Of a DNA stretch of 64,000 nt, positions 9,295 to 18,286 are shown piece by piece (the first letter of the stretch is position 1; every line of letters starts with the position of its first letter). Location of the stretch: assembly GCA_965217775.1 (NCBI GenBank), contig CBDCJH010000002.1, positions 1,248,001 through 1,312,000 on the forward strand, written 5' to 3'. The notes beneath the pieces were generated by a model that saw only the letters and a list, made by a program, of their open reading frames with translations, was not told the origin of the DNA and searched no databases. The stretch comes from Acidobacteriota bacterium (GTDB lineage: Bacteria; Acidobacteriota; UBA6911; RPQK01; JAJDTT01). A program made the position numbers and the translations under genes.

Positions 9295-12200
9295 TTACCA
9301 AGCGATCCTTAGCCGGAACTGAATAATTCGGGCGAGGGCCGTGTTTCTATATCGTCCGAAGGCGCTTGGATTCGCGAGGGAATAACTCGGCGAATAGAAC
9401 TGCGCGCGGTTGAAGATATTGAAGATCTCCGTCCCAAACTCCAGGCGCACGCCCTCCGTGACCTGGAAGTCCTTCAGAATCGACAGGTTTTCGGTCGAAT
9501 ATCCGAACCTGCGAACATCCGGCAACTGGTTGGTATCGGCAAAGCCGATCACCCGGTTCTCAGGTGCAAATGCTGCCACGTTGAGCGTATTTTTCTGTGA
9601 ACCGTTGGGATCATACGCCCCATGGCTGACCCCGCCTCCTACGGATGAACCCGTGCGATTGACACGACCCAAGTTGATGGGATCGCCCGACATGTAGTTG
9701 TGCCAACCCATGACCCGCCATCTCCCGATGAGATGATTGAGCACGGTGGAGGCGTCGGCACCCCATCGCTGCCCCCGGCCGAGGGGCAACTGCCAGGTCC
9801 AGGTCAAGGCCAAATTGTGGGCGCGGTCAAAGGGCACCAGGAAACGGACTCCGCTGCCTCCGTACCCCTCATGCGACACACCGGGCGCGCCGAATACACC
9901 ATAACCGTTGCCAGTGGCGATGTTCTTGGAGAGCGTATAGGCCAGCAGAAAACTGAGTCCGCCTCCAAAACGCTTCTGGGCACTGATGTTAGCGGCGTGA
10001 TACGAGGTAATTCCGCCGTGGGCGCCTCTCAGATTGACCCCCGTGTATTGGGGATACGGACGCGAAGCCTGCCGGACACTTCCAGTGAACCCCGCGTAGG
10101 GTACTTGGACTCCGGTCGCCATTCCCGCGGGGGACGATATTGGTTGATCGATGACCGGTCCCAGTCTGAAGATCCCCGGGGGCACCTCGTTGCGTTCCCA
10201 GTTCAGGCGGTAATGCCGGCCCAGTTTGCCGACGTAGTCCCCCTTGAGGAGGAGATTCCACCCGACCTCCCTTTCGAGGCCGAAGCCAAAGTTGTAGCTG
10301 GTGGTCCACTTATTGTCCTGGGGATGAATCCAGTGCACGGCGGTCCCGTTGGCCAGGGTCGGATCGAGGTTGGGAAGACTGCTGACAATCTGGAGTCCTT
10401 CGGCCGGAAACCCGTCGTTCCAGTTGAAGGCCGGGGTCACCCCGCCGTCAATTGAACTGTACGCCGGCTCGGCAGCCCAGCCCAGAGCCGCAACATTCCC
10501 ACCGCCCTGCAACTCGGCGCCCGGATTCGCGTAGGTGATTCCACTGTATGCTCGCAGCACAGTTTTGTCATCCAAGGCGTAGGCCAAGCCTATACGGGGT
10601 GACCAAGCGCCCCAATCCCGATCGTAGGCCCTGGTTCGACCGTTTCGCCCCGGTCCCTCGCCGTTGAAAGTCAAGGCGCCCAAACGTCCGTCCGCCCCAG
10701 CATTGGGAATGTCGGGACTGAAGTAGCCCATCCGATGATAGGTTTCGCCGAAGGGGGTCCACCAGTTGTATCGAAGCCCGTAGTTGACGGTCAGTTGGCG
10801 GGTGGCGCGCCACGTATCCTGCAAATAGATGGCATAGACGCGATTGTTCACTCTTTTGTTATCAGACGGCCTCATGAAGGCGGTGTTCACTTCCCCCAGC
10901 AGGTAGCTGGCCCAGCCACGGCCTGTCAGCGCGATATCGGGGAACGCGGAGACGTTGCCGTCTGCGCCCATCTGATTGCCGCCGGCCAGTCCCGTCGTGA
11001 TGTCGCTGAAGGTGAAATTGCCGTTGGTGAAAATCTGGACGTTCCGTCCCACGGCGGCGTATCTGCCCTGGATTCCGAACTTGTAGTTGTGGCTCCCTTT
11101 GACCCAGGTCAGATCCGTATAAACCGGGTACGTGAACTCGGGCATGAAGAGATTCAGGAAGAGGAATCCAAACCCGGAGGCGCCCTGGATGTTGGTAAAA
11201 GGAGTATCGGGTGTCACCAAGCCGGTAAGCCCCGAATCCCGGCCGTGCGTGTTGCCCGGCTTGCCGATCTCCCGGGGGACTCCCTGGCCGGCAAAGCGCA
11301 CACTCAAAAGCAGATTGGGCCGCAGGGTGAAGTAATTCGAGAACCGAAAGCGGTACTGTTTGCCCAGCGTCAGGTGGGTCGTGTTGATCAACTGGTCATA
11401 GCCGGCGTTCCCGGGCCAGACGACATCCTTCCTGTGCCAGTCCATCCCAAAGGACAGCTTATAGCTATCGGTAATCTTGTGGTCCGTCTTCAAGGTCAGC
11501 TTGTCGATGTCCTGCTCGCCCTTGTCCAGCGGACCGATATGGTTGTCCACCGTGCCCGGCTGGTTGGGCATTGGGATACTGTCCTGAAAAGCGGTCGAAA
11601 TGGAGCTGAGGCGGTTGCTAGGAATGACGTTGCCTGGAAATGGATCGCGGATGAAACCTCCATGTCCGTCCGGCCGAGTGGAGGCCGGATCATAGATCTG
11701 CCCCTGCATAATCGGTCTCCCCAGGACGTCGGTCCCAATTTGCGCTCCCAGGAACTCGCTGAAATCCCCGCCTCGCATCAACGACGTGGCGACGGTCGAG
11801 GTCTGGCCACCGGCGGTCCTGCGTTCGCGGTACCCGGTATAGCTGACCAGGAAAAAGTGCTTGTCCTTGATGATCCGCCCGCCCACAACAGCTCCAAACT
11901 CGTTCTGCCGGTGGGGGTTGACATCTGTGGCGAACCATTGCCGGGCGTCCAGAACGTCGTTTCGAAAGTACTCGAAAAGGCTGCCGTGGAACTCGTTGGT
12001 TCCCGACTTCATGACCATTTCCACACTCGATCCCATATTCCAGCCGTGCTCGGCGTTGACGTTGGCCACCGTCCGAAACTCGCTGATGACTTCGGGAATC
12101 AGCCCCGAGTCCTCTCTCATGCCGAAGTTGTTGGCGGGACTGGAGTAGATCCCGTCGATATTGGTGCTCATGACTCCCACCACGCCGTGGACGTAGCCCC

Positions 12201-12747
12201 GGTCGGTGGTGTCGGTTTCCTTGCCGTAGGGATCGTAAGAGAAACCGGGCAACGTCCGAGTGTAGGACAGACTGTGCCGGGCCCCCTGGTTGACTGCCAT
12301 CGGCAGTTCCTCGATCTCCTCGACAACCCTGGTGAGGCCTGAGCTGGAGGACTGGTTGTCGACAGCCAGGGCTTGGCTTTCCACCGTCACGGTGTCGACC
12401 ACTTCTCCAATGGGCATGGTGATGTCGAGCGTCACTGCCAGTCCGGACACGACGCGCACGCCCACTTGTTCAACCGTCTTGAAACCAGGGAGACTTGCGC
12501 TGATCGTATAGGAGCCGATCGGCAGGGCTGGAAAAGAGTAGTCTCCCGCCTCGCTGCTGACGGTAGCGGTCTCGAGGCCAGTCGCTTCATCGCGGGCCGT
12601 CACGTCGACGCCCGGAATCCGCGCCCCCGTCTCGTCGACGACGGCCCCCGCAATCCTGCCCAGATTGTCCTGGGCCGATACCGGGAGGGATACCAGAAGC
12701 AGAATCAGCGGTAGGATGATCCTGACGGAAGATAGAAAAGACTGCAT
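9295..12747 (-). CDS. TonB-dependent receptor with N-terminal carboxypeptidase-regulatory-like domain (Oar-like)
   Basis: GAVVDETGARIPGVDV, KSGTNEFHGSLFEYFRNDVLDAR, YLQDTWR..LTVNYGLRY, C-terminal ARIIQFRLRIAW; AAGGAGGA RBS before ATG 12747. Confidence 0.92.
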   Translation of the reverse strand: MQSFLSSVRIILPLILLLVSLPVSAQDNLGRIAGAVVDETGARIPGVDVTARDEATGLETATVSSEAGDYSFPALPIGSYTISASLPGFKTVEQVGVRVVSGLAVTLDITMPIGEVVDTVTVESQALAVDNQSSSSGLTRVVEEIEELPMAVNQGARHSLSYTRTLPGFSYDPYGKETDTTDRGYVHGVVGVMSTNIDGIYSSPANNFGMREDSGLIPEVISEFRTVANVNAEHGWNMGSSVEMVMKSGTNEFHGSLFEYFRNDVLDARQWFATDVNPHRQNEFGAVVGGRIIKDKHFFLVSYTGYRERRTAGGQTSTVATSLMRGGDFSEFLGAQIGTDVLGRPIMQGQIYDPASTRPDGHGGFIRDPFPGNVIPSNRLSSISTAFQDSIPMPNQPGTVDNHIGPLDKGEQDIDKLTLKTDHKITDSYKLSFGMDWHRKDVVWPGNAGYDQLINTTHLTLGKQYRFRFSNYFTLRPNLLLSVRFAGQGVPREIGKPGNTHGRDSGLTGLVTPDTPFTNIQGASGFGFLFLNLFMPEFTYPVYTDLTWVKGSHNYKFGIQGRYAAVGRNVQIFTNGNFTFSDITTGLAGGNQMGADGNVSAFPDIALTGRGWASYLLGEVNTAFMRPSDNKRVNNRVYAIYLQDTWRATRQLTVNYGLRYNWWTPFGETYHRMGYFSPDIPNAGADGRLGALTFNGEGPGRNGRTRAYDRDWGAWSPRIGLAYALDDKTVLRAYSGITYANPGAELQGGGNVAALGWAAEPAYSSIDGGVTPAFNWNDGFPAEGLQIVSSLPNLDPTLANGTAVHWIHPQDNKWTTSYNFGFGLEREVGWNLLLKGDYVGKLGRHYRLNWERNEVPPGIFRLGPVIDQPISSPAGMATGVQVPYAGFTGSVRQASRPYPQYTGVNLRGAHGGITSYHAANISAQKRFGGGLSFLLAYTLSKNIATGNGYGVFGAPGVSHEGYGGSGVRFLVPFDRAHNLALTWTWQLPLGRGQRWGADASTVLNHLIGRWRVMGWHNYMSGDPINLGRVNRTGSSVGGGVSHGAYDPNGSQKNTLNVAAFAPENRVIGFADTNQLPDVRRFGYSTENLSILKDFQVTEGVRLEFGTEIFNIFNRAQFYSPSYSLANPSAFGRYRNTALARIIQFRLRIAW

Positions 12748-13031
12748 TGCAACGTCCTCCTTAGGGACGGAATGTGACTGGGCGGAAAGAGGCTTCCTCA
12801 AGTTGAAGCGGAAGCTATACGATTCCGTCAGCAAAAGTCAAGCAAACAACTCCTCCGGACTTTCGCAATTTTTTGGAGATTCACGAGAACAGGTGAAGCG
12901 GATTCGCTCGCGTATCGGGACGAGGCGGCCCATTACCGGGGGGACGACCAAACAGGAAACTGCCGGATCCCGGCCGCAATCACGTAGAATCGGGAATCAG
13001 GCATCTCAGTAACCTGCTCGGGGGTAAAACG

Positions 13032-15062
13032 GTGAAGCTGTACAGGCCGGATCGACCCTTTCGGAAGAGACCCAAAGCAGTCGTTGTCTTTCCGCTCTTG
13101 ATGGGGGCATGGCTATGCTCGACTTGGATGGGATGCATACAATCCGACTCTCCCGCGACAGCCCCGCCACCTCCGGATTCAAAGCTTGAAGCAGTACTGG
13201 AAACCTATGTGCCCCGGCCGGCCGGCAGCTTGACCTTCAACCGGGAGATCGCTCCCCTGGTGTTCGAGAGCTGCGCACCCTGTCACCGCCCGGGGGGCGC
13301 AGGGCCATTCAACTTGCTCGGCTACGCAGACGTCAGCCGCCGGGCCAACCAGATCGTGACCGTCACGCAGAGTCGTTACATGCCTCCGTGGCAACCCGAG
13401 CCGGGCTACGGGGAGTTCATCGGGGAGCGCCGACTGAATGTGGACCAGATCGGCATGCTGGCGCAGTGGGTGGCTGAGGGGGCGATCGAAGGGAATCCGG
13501 CAGACTTGCCCAAGGTGCCGGAATGGCCGACTGGCTGGCACTTGGGGCAACCGGATCTGGTCCTCACCATGCCGCGGCCTTATACGCTTGCGGCCGATGG
13601 ACCGGACGTCTTCCGGATGTTCATCATACCGGTTCCTCTGGCGTCGAACCGCTTTGTACGAGCCTTGGAATTACGGCCCGAAAACCCAAGGGTCGTCCAC
13701 CATGCGGTAGGACTGGTCGACACGACCCTTCGCAGCCGGCAATTGGATGAAGAAGATCCCATTCCGGGTTTCGAAGGCATGAGGTCCACGGAGTTCGCTC
13801 GCGCCCCCGATGGCCGTTTCCTGGGTTGGACACCAGGCAAGGTTCCAACAGAGAGTGCCGAAGGGAGGACGTGGCGGTTGAAAAGAGGGGCCGACCTGGT
13901 GCTGGAACTGCACATGATGCCCTCCGGCAAACCGGAACTGATTCAGCCCAGCGTGGGGCTGTATTTCAGTGACGAGGCCCCGGCCAGGACCTCCTTCATC
14001 GTCGGACTGGGCTCCCAGACCATCGACGTTCCCCCGGGAGAGAAGGAATACTGGATCGAGGACAGTTATGACCTGCCGGTGGCGGTGCAGGTTCTGGGCG
14101 TTTACCCGCATGCCCACTACCTGGGGAAGCAGATGCGCGCTTTTGCACAGCTTCCCGACGGCAGCCGGCACTGGCTCGTTCATATCAAGGAGTGGGACTT
14201 CAATTGGCAGGACGAATACGTCTACCGTGAGCCGATCTCTCTCCCCCGCGGAACCCGGCTGACCATGCAATACAGTTACGATAACTCGGTCGGCAACCTG
14301 CGAAATCCCCAAAACCCGCCTCAGCGGGTGGTTTACGGCCCCAATTCCAGCGATGAGATGGGTGACCTGTGGCTCCAGGTATTGACGCAAAACAGGAACG
14401 ACTTGCTGACCCTGCAAGCCGACTACCGGGTCAAAGATCGAGACAGGTTCATTGCCGGCTACCGGCATGCCTTGAAGATCAAGCCGGAGGATGCCCAAAC
14501 GCACGACCACTTGGGCCAAGTGCTGCAGGCGCAGGGAATGGTTGAGGATGCCATCCGCCACTATCGCCAAGCGCTGGAAATCCGTCCCGTTTACGCGGAA
14601 ACCCACAGCAATCTGGCGACCGCCCTGATACAGCAGGGTCATACCGAGGAGGCGATTGACCACTATGGCCGGGCCCTTAAAATCAAACCGGACCTGCTTG
14701 AAGCCCACTACAATCTGGGCGGAGCCCTGTTGTCCATCGGACGCACCAGCCAAGCCATTGCCTCCTTGCGGCGAGCTATCCAAATCGAGCCCGAGTTTGC
14801 CAGGGCACACAACAACCTGGGCATCGCCTTCGCTCAGCAGGAAGACTTGGCCCGGGCCCTATACCATTTTGAGCGGGCGGTGAGGATCGATTCGGACTTT
14901 GCAGAGGCCCGCAACAATCTTGGCAATGCACTTCTCTCCTCGGGGGATTTCAGCCGGGCCGTTTCTGAATATCGGCGCGCCCTGGAGATCGACCCCAGCT
15001 ACGCCGATGCCGAGCGCAACCTGAAGCTGGCACAGGAACTGCTGCTGACTTCCCCCCAATGA
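13032..15062 (+). CDS. Putative lipoprotein: heme-c + Cu type II monooxygenase-like domain + TPR (paralog of 6879..9164)
   Basis: CAPCH..MPPW, VVHH, LELH, YPHAH, DEMG, then canonical TPRs. Confidence 0.82.
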   Translation: MKLYRPDRPFRKRPKAVVVFPLLMGAWLCSTWMGCIQSDSPATAPPPPDSKLEAVLETYVPRPAGSLTFNREIAPLVFESCAPCHRPGGAGPFNLLGYADVSRRANQIVTVTQSRYMPPWQPEPGYGEFIGERRLNVDQIGMLAQWVAEGAIEGNPADLPKVPEWPTGWHLGQPDLVLTMPRPYTLAADGPDVFRMFIIPVPLASNRFVRALELRPENPRVVHHAVGLVDTTLRSRQLDEEDPIPGFEGMRSTEFARAPDGRFLGWTPGKVPTESAEGRTWRLKRGADLVLELHMMPSGKPELIQPSVGLYFSDEAPARTSFIVGLGSQTIDVPPGEKEYWIEDSYDLPVAVQVLGVYPHAHYLGKQMRAFAQLPDGSRHWLVHIKEWDFNWQDEYVYREPISLPRGTRLTMQYSYDNSVGNLRNPQNPPQRVVYGPNSSDEMGDLWLQVLTQNRNDLLTLQADYRVKDRDRFIAGYRHALKIKPEDAQTHDHLGQVLQAQGMVEDAIRHYRQALEIRPVYAETHSNLATALIQQGHTEEAIDHYGRALKIKPDLLEAHYNLGGALLSIGRTSQAIASLRRAIQIEPEFARAHNNLGIAFAQQEDLARALYHFERAVRIDSDFAEARNNLGNALLSSGDFSRAVSEYRRALEIDPSYADAERNLKLAQELLLTSPQ

Positions 15063-15120
15063 GGGGTTCGGATATCTGGCTCTCCGTTACCGAATACGTT
15101 CGTAATAGGATGAGAGAAGC

Positions 15121-16935
15121 ATGTGCTCTCAGCGAGGGAGTCCCTGGGGCATCCTGGTCATTTGGGCTCTACTGAACGTCTCTCTGGCCCAGGGTCCACA
15201 GCAGGCCGTCGGTCCGGGGCAGCATGAAGGAGATTCGGCAACCAGTGATATCTTCCTGGATGCGACGCGGGCAGCAGGGATCGATTTCGTCCACTTCAAC
15301 GGCATGTCGGGGGAACGCTATCTCTGCGAAATGATGGGCCCCGGTGGAGCCATGTTCGATTATGACAACGACGGCGATCTCGACCTCTATCTGATTCAGG
15401 GTCAAATGCTCGGACCGGGGAAAACTCTTGCCGATGCGGTCTTCCCCCCGCCCAACTCCGAATTGCTGATCGACAGGCTCTACCGAAACGACCTGCAGAC
15501 GCACAAATCGGGAAGACGCCGTCTGCACTTTACGGACGTGACGGAGGAAGTGGGGATCGAGGCACGGGGCTACGGGATGGGCGTGGCAACGGGAGACTTC
15601 GACAACGATGGCTGGACCGACCTCTACCTGACCAATTTCGGGCCCAACCAGTTGTTTCGAAACAATGGAGATGGAACCTTTACCGATGTGACCGGGGCAA
15701 CCGGCACGGATGACTCTCGCTGGAGTGTCAGCGCGGCTTTCCTGGACTACGACCGGGATGGCTGGCTGGACCTTTACGTGGGCAACTACGTCGACTTCAG
15801 CTTCTCCAATCACAAGCGCTGCTTCTCTTTCGCTGATGCCGGCAGCGGGAGTGCCCTCGAGTACTGTGATCCCAGCCAATACGAACCGTTGCCTGAGAGC
15901 CTGTTCCGCAACCGGGGCGATGGAACCTTCGAAGATGTGTCCCACAAGGCAAGAATTGCCCGGGAATCAAATGGGGCATTGGGCGTGAGTACGGCCGACT
16001 TCAACGGAGATGGCTGGATCGACATCTATGTCGCCAATGACAAGAGGCCAAATCACCTTTGGATCAATCAGACGGATGGCAGTTTTCGGAACCAGGCTCT
16101 GCTGGCCGGTTGCGCAGTAAGTGGGGAGGGTTTTTCCGAGTCCAGCATGGGAGTGGACGCCGGTGACTTTGACAATGACGGAGACGAAGACCTCTTCATG
16201 ACACACATGTCGCTGAACGAGAAGAACACCCTCTATGTCAACCAGGGAGAGGGATCGTTCGAGGATGCCTCCTACCTGAGCGGGCTCGCTCTTCCCAGCA
16301 TTTCTTTCACCGGGTTCGGAACCGCATTTTTCGATTACGACAACGATGGCAGGCTGGACATTATGGCTGCCAATGGACACGTCAAAAGGGTTGAGGGGCT
16401 GGCACGGGCCAAAGACCCTTATCCATTGCACCAAACCAATCAACTGTTCAGGAATATGGGGAAGGGACAGTTTCAAGAAGTGACCCAAGCCGCCGGGGCC
16501 GTGTTCGAGCTGTCCGAAGTGAGTCGCGGAGCGGCATTTGGCGATGTCGACAACGATGGAGACACGGATGTTCTGGTTCTCAACAACAGCGGGCAAGCGC
16601 GGCTGCTGACCAATCAGGTCGGAAGCGGCAACCATTGGATGGGACTGAGGTTGGTCGGCCGGCCTTCGGCACGAGACCTGCTGGGCACCAGAGTGGCTGT
16701 CCTGCTATCCCAGGGCCGAACCTTGTGGCGCCGGGTCCGCTCGGACGGCAGCTATGCCTCCGCCAATGATCCCAGAGTGCTGGTCGGACTGGGTGGAGAC
16801 ACTCAGGTCGAGGCGGTGCGAGCTTACTGGCCCGACGGTCGAGCAGAAGAATGGAAAAAAGTTCCGATCGATACCTACTCGAGACTGCGTCAAGGCAGCG
16901 GGACCCGACTGTCTTTGCCACCGGAGCATCGATAG
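15121..16935 (+). CDS. CRTAC1-family FG-GAP/ASPIC-UnbV protein
   Basis: Same repeated DxDxDG motifs and C-terminal UnbV motif; close paralog of 3007..4764. Confidence 0.9.
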   Translation: MCSQRGSPWGILVIWALLNVSLAQGPQQAVGPGQHEGDSATSDIFLDATRAAGIDFVHFNGMSGERYLCEMMGPGGAMFDYDNDGDLDLYLIQGQMLGPGKTLADAVFPPPNSELLIDRLYRNDLQTHKSGRRRLHFTDVTEEVGIEARGYGMGVATGDFDNDGWTDLYLTNFGPNQLFRNNGDGTFTDVTGATGTDDSRWSVSAAFLDYDRDGWLDLYVGNYVDFSFSNHKRCFSFADAGSGSALEYCDPSQYEPLPESLFRNRGDGTFEDVSHKARIARESNGALGVSTADFNGDGWIDIYVANDKRPNHLWINQTDGSFRNQALLAGCAVSGEGFSESSMGVDAGDFDNDGDEDLFMTHMSLNEKNTLYVNQGEGSFEDASYLSGLALPSISFTGFGTAFFDYDNDGRLDIMAANGHVKRVEGLARAKDPYPLHQTNQLFRNMGKGQFQEVTQAAGAVFELSEVSRGAAFGDVDNDGDTDVLVLNNSGQARLLTNQVGSGNHWMGLRLVGRPSARDLLGTRVAVLLSQGRTLWRRVRSDGSYASANDPRVLVGLGGDTQVEAVRAYWPDGRAEEWKKVPIDTYSRLRQGSGTRLSLPPEHR

Positions 16936-17005
16936 AGCTCGGTTCGAGCAGACTTGGCTGATCCTGAAACCGCCCCACGCGACCCGATCAAGGGACCAAC
17001 TGAAC

Positions 17006-18163
17006 TCACTGGGGCTTTCCCTGCAGGAAGTCTCCAGCATCGCGCTGCTTCTTTTCTCGGGCTTGCGTGTCCAGTTTCTGAAACAGCTCCAGTTCTCGTT
17101 GAGCTTCTTCCATCCGTCCGAGCTTCTTATAGATTTGGGCCAATTGATAGTGGGATTGCGGTTGGCTCGGATCCAAGGCGATCGCTCTCTGCAACGCCGC
17201 CACACCATCCTGTAGCCGTCCTTTGGCCGCGTAGGCAGCGGACAATGCGACGTAAGCATCAGGAATCTGATCATCTACGCGCGATACCGCCTCCAAATGC
17301 CGAATCGCCTGGTCGAACTCCTGGCGGTAGTTCTTGATGATTCCCAACTCGAGATTGACGATCGGATGGTGGGGATCGATCTTCCACTCCTTCTCCAGCG
17401 CCGGCTCCGCCTTGTCGTACTGTCCCAAACCAAAATAGAGATCGCCCAGGGCGAAGTTGACTCCGGGCGCGTTCGGATTCAGAGCGACCGCTTTCTCGTA
17501 TTCTTCGATGGCCTGGTTCAGACGTCCCTGGGTGGCATAAGCCTCCGCCAGAAGTTGGTGGGTACGAAAGGAATCCGGATCGATCTCTTCGATACGGGAG
17601 AAAGTCTCCTGGAATTTGTTGTACGAGGTCCTGGTCCGGTTCAAGTAAGCCTGGGCCAATGTCTGCAGTGCTTCCAGTTCCTGAGGATGTTTCTCGATGA
17701 CCGCTTCCAGGCGCTCGATACTCTTGCCGATCTGTTGCAGAGCCAAAAAACAGACCCCCAGATAGACTTGGGCCTTTACGTTTTCGGGATTCTGGGAAAT
17801 CGCTTGTTGGAATGACTCGATAGCCTTCTGATACTCATACAGGCTGTAGTAAGCGAGCCCCAGAAAGAAATGGGCATCGGGCAGCTTAGGGTCGAGTGTC
17901 AGGGCCTTCTCGATCGACTCGACGGCTTCCCCAAACCTCCCCTGAAACTGATAGATCAATCCCAATTTGGCATGAAGGGGCGGGAAATTGGGTTGGATCT
18001 CCAGCGCTGACCGATAGGCCTGTTCAGCGGTACTCCAGTCGCCACTTTCCTCGGCGCGAGCGGCACTCTGGAGGTATTCCTGAACCTCTGGAAGCATTTG
18101 GCCTGCCGTCGAGGTCGCCTGCCCCCCCAGCAATGTCAGAAGTAACAAACTATGAAGCACCAT
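17006..18163 (-). CDS. Exported tetratricopeptide repeat protein
   Basis: Signal-like MVLHSLLLLTLLGG followed by about 9 TPRs; start uncertain. Confidence 0.85.
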   Translation of the reverse strand: MVLHSLLLLTLLGGQATSTAGQMLPEVQEYLQSAARAEESGDWSTAEQAYRSALEIQPNFPPLHAKLGLIYQFQGRFGEAVESIEKALTLDPKLPDAHFFLGLAYYSLYEYQKAIESFQQAISQNPENVKAQVYLGVCFLALQQIGKSIERLEAVIEKHPQELEALQTLAQAYLNRTRTSYNKFQETFSRIEEIDPDSFRTHQLLAEAYATQGRLNQAIEEYEKAVALNPNAPGVNFALGDLYFGLGQYDKAEPALEKEWKIDPHHPIVNLELGIIKNYRQEFDQAIRHLEAVSRVDDQIPDAYVALSAAYAAKGRLQDGVAALQRAIALDPSQPQSHYQLAQIYKKLGRMEEAQRELELFQKLDTQAREKKQRDAGDFLQGKPQ

Positions 18164-18286
18164 TATTAGGGAGACTCCCCAAGTATGAAGTGAAATGTCT
18201 GGCTGCTGATATCCTTTTTTCGATGCTGAATTAACAGTGAATCTCGAGGCCTCCGTACCCGGTGAGTTCAACTCGGCTTCTACAGG

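Noticed and set aside
12980-12991. TCACGTAGAATC shared upstream of the 13032 monooxygenase and the ZIP gene (25651-25662)
   Set aside because: A single 12-mer match containing a generic -10-like TAGAAT is plausible by chance; it is not palindromic and has no third copy.
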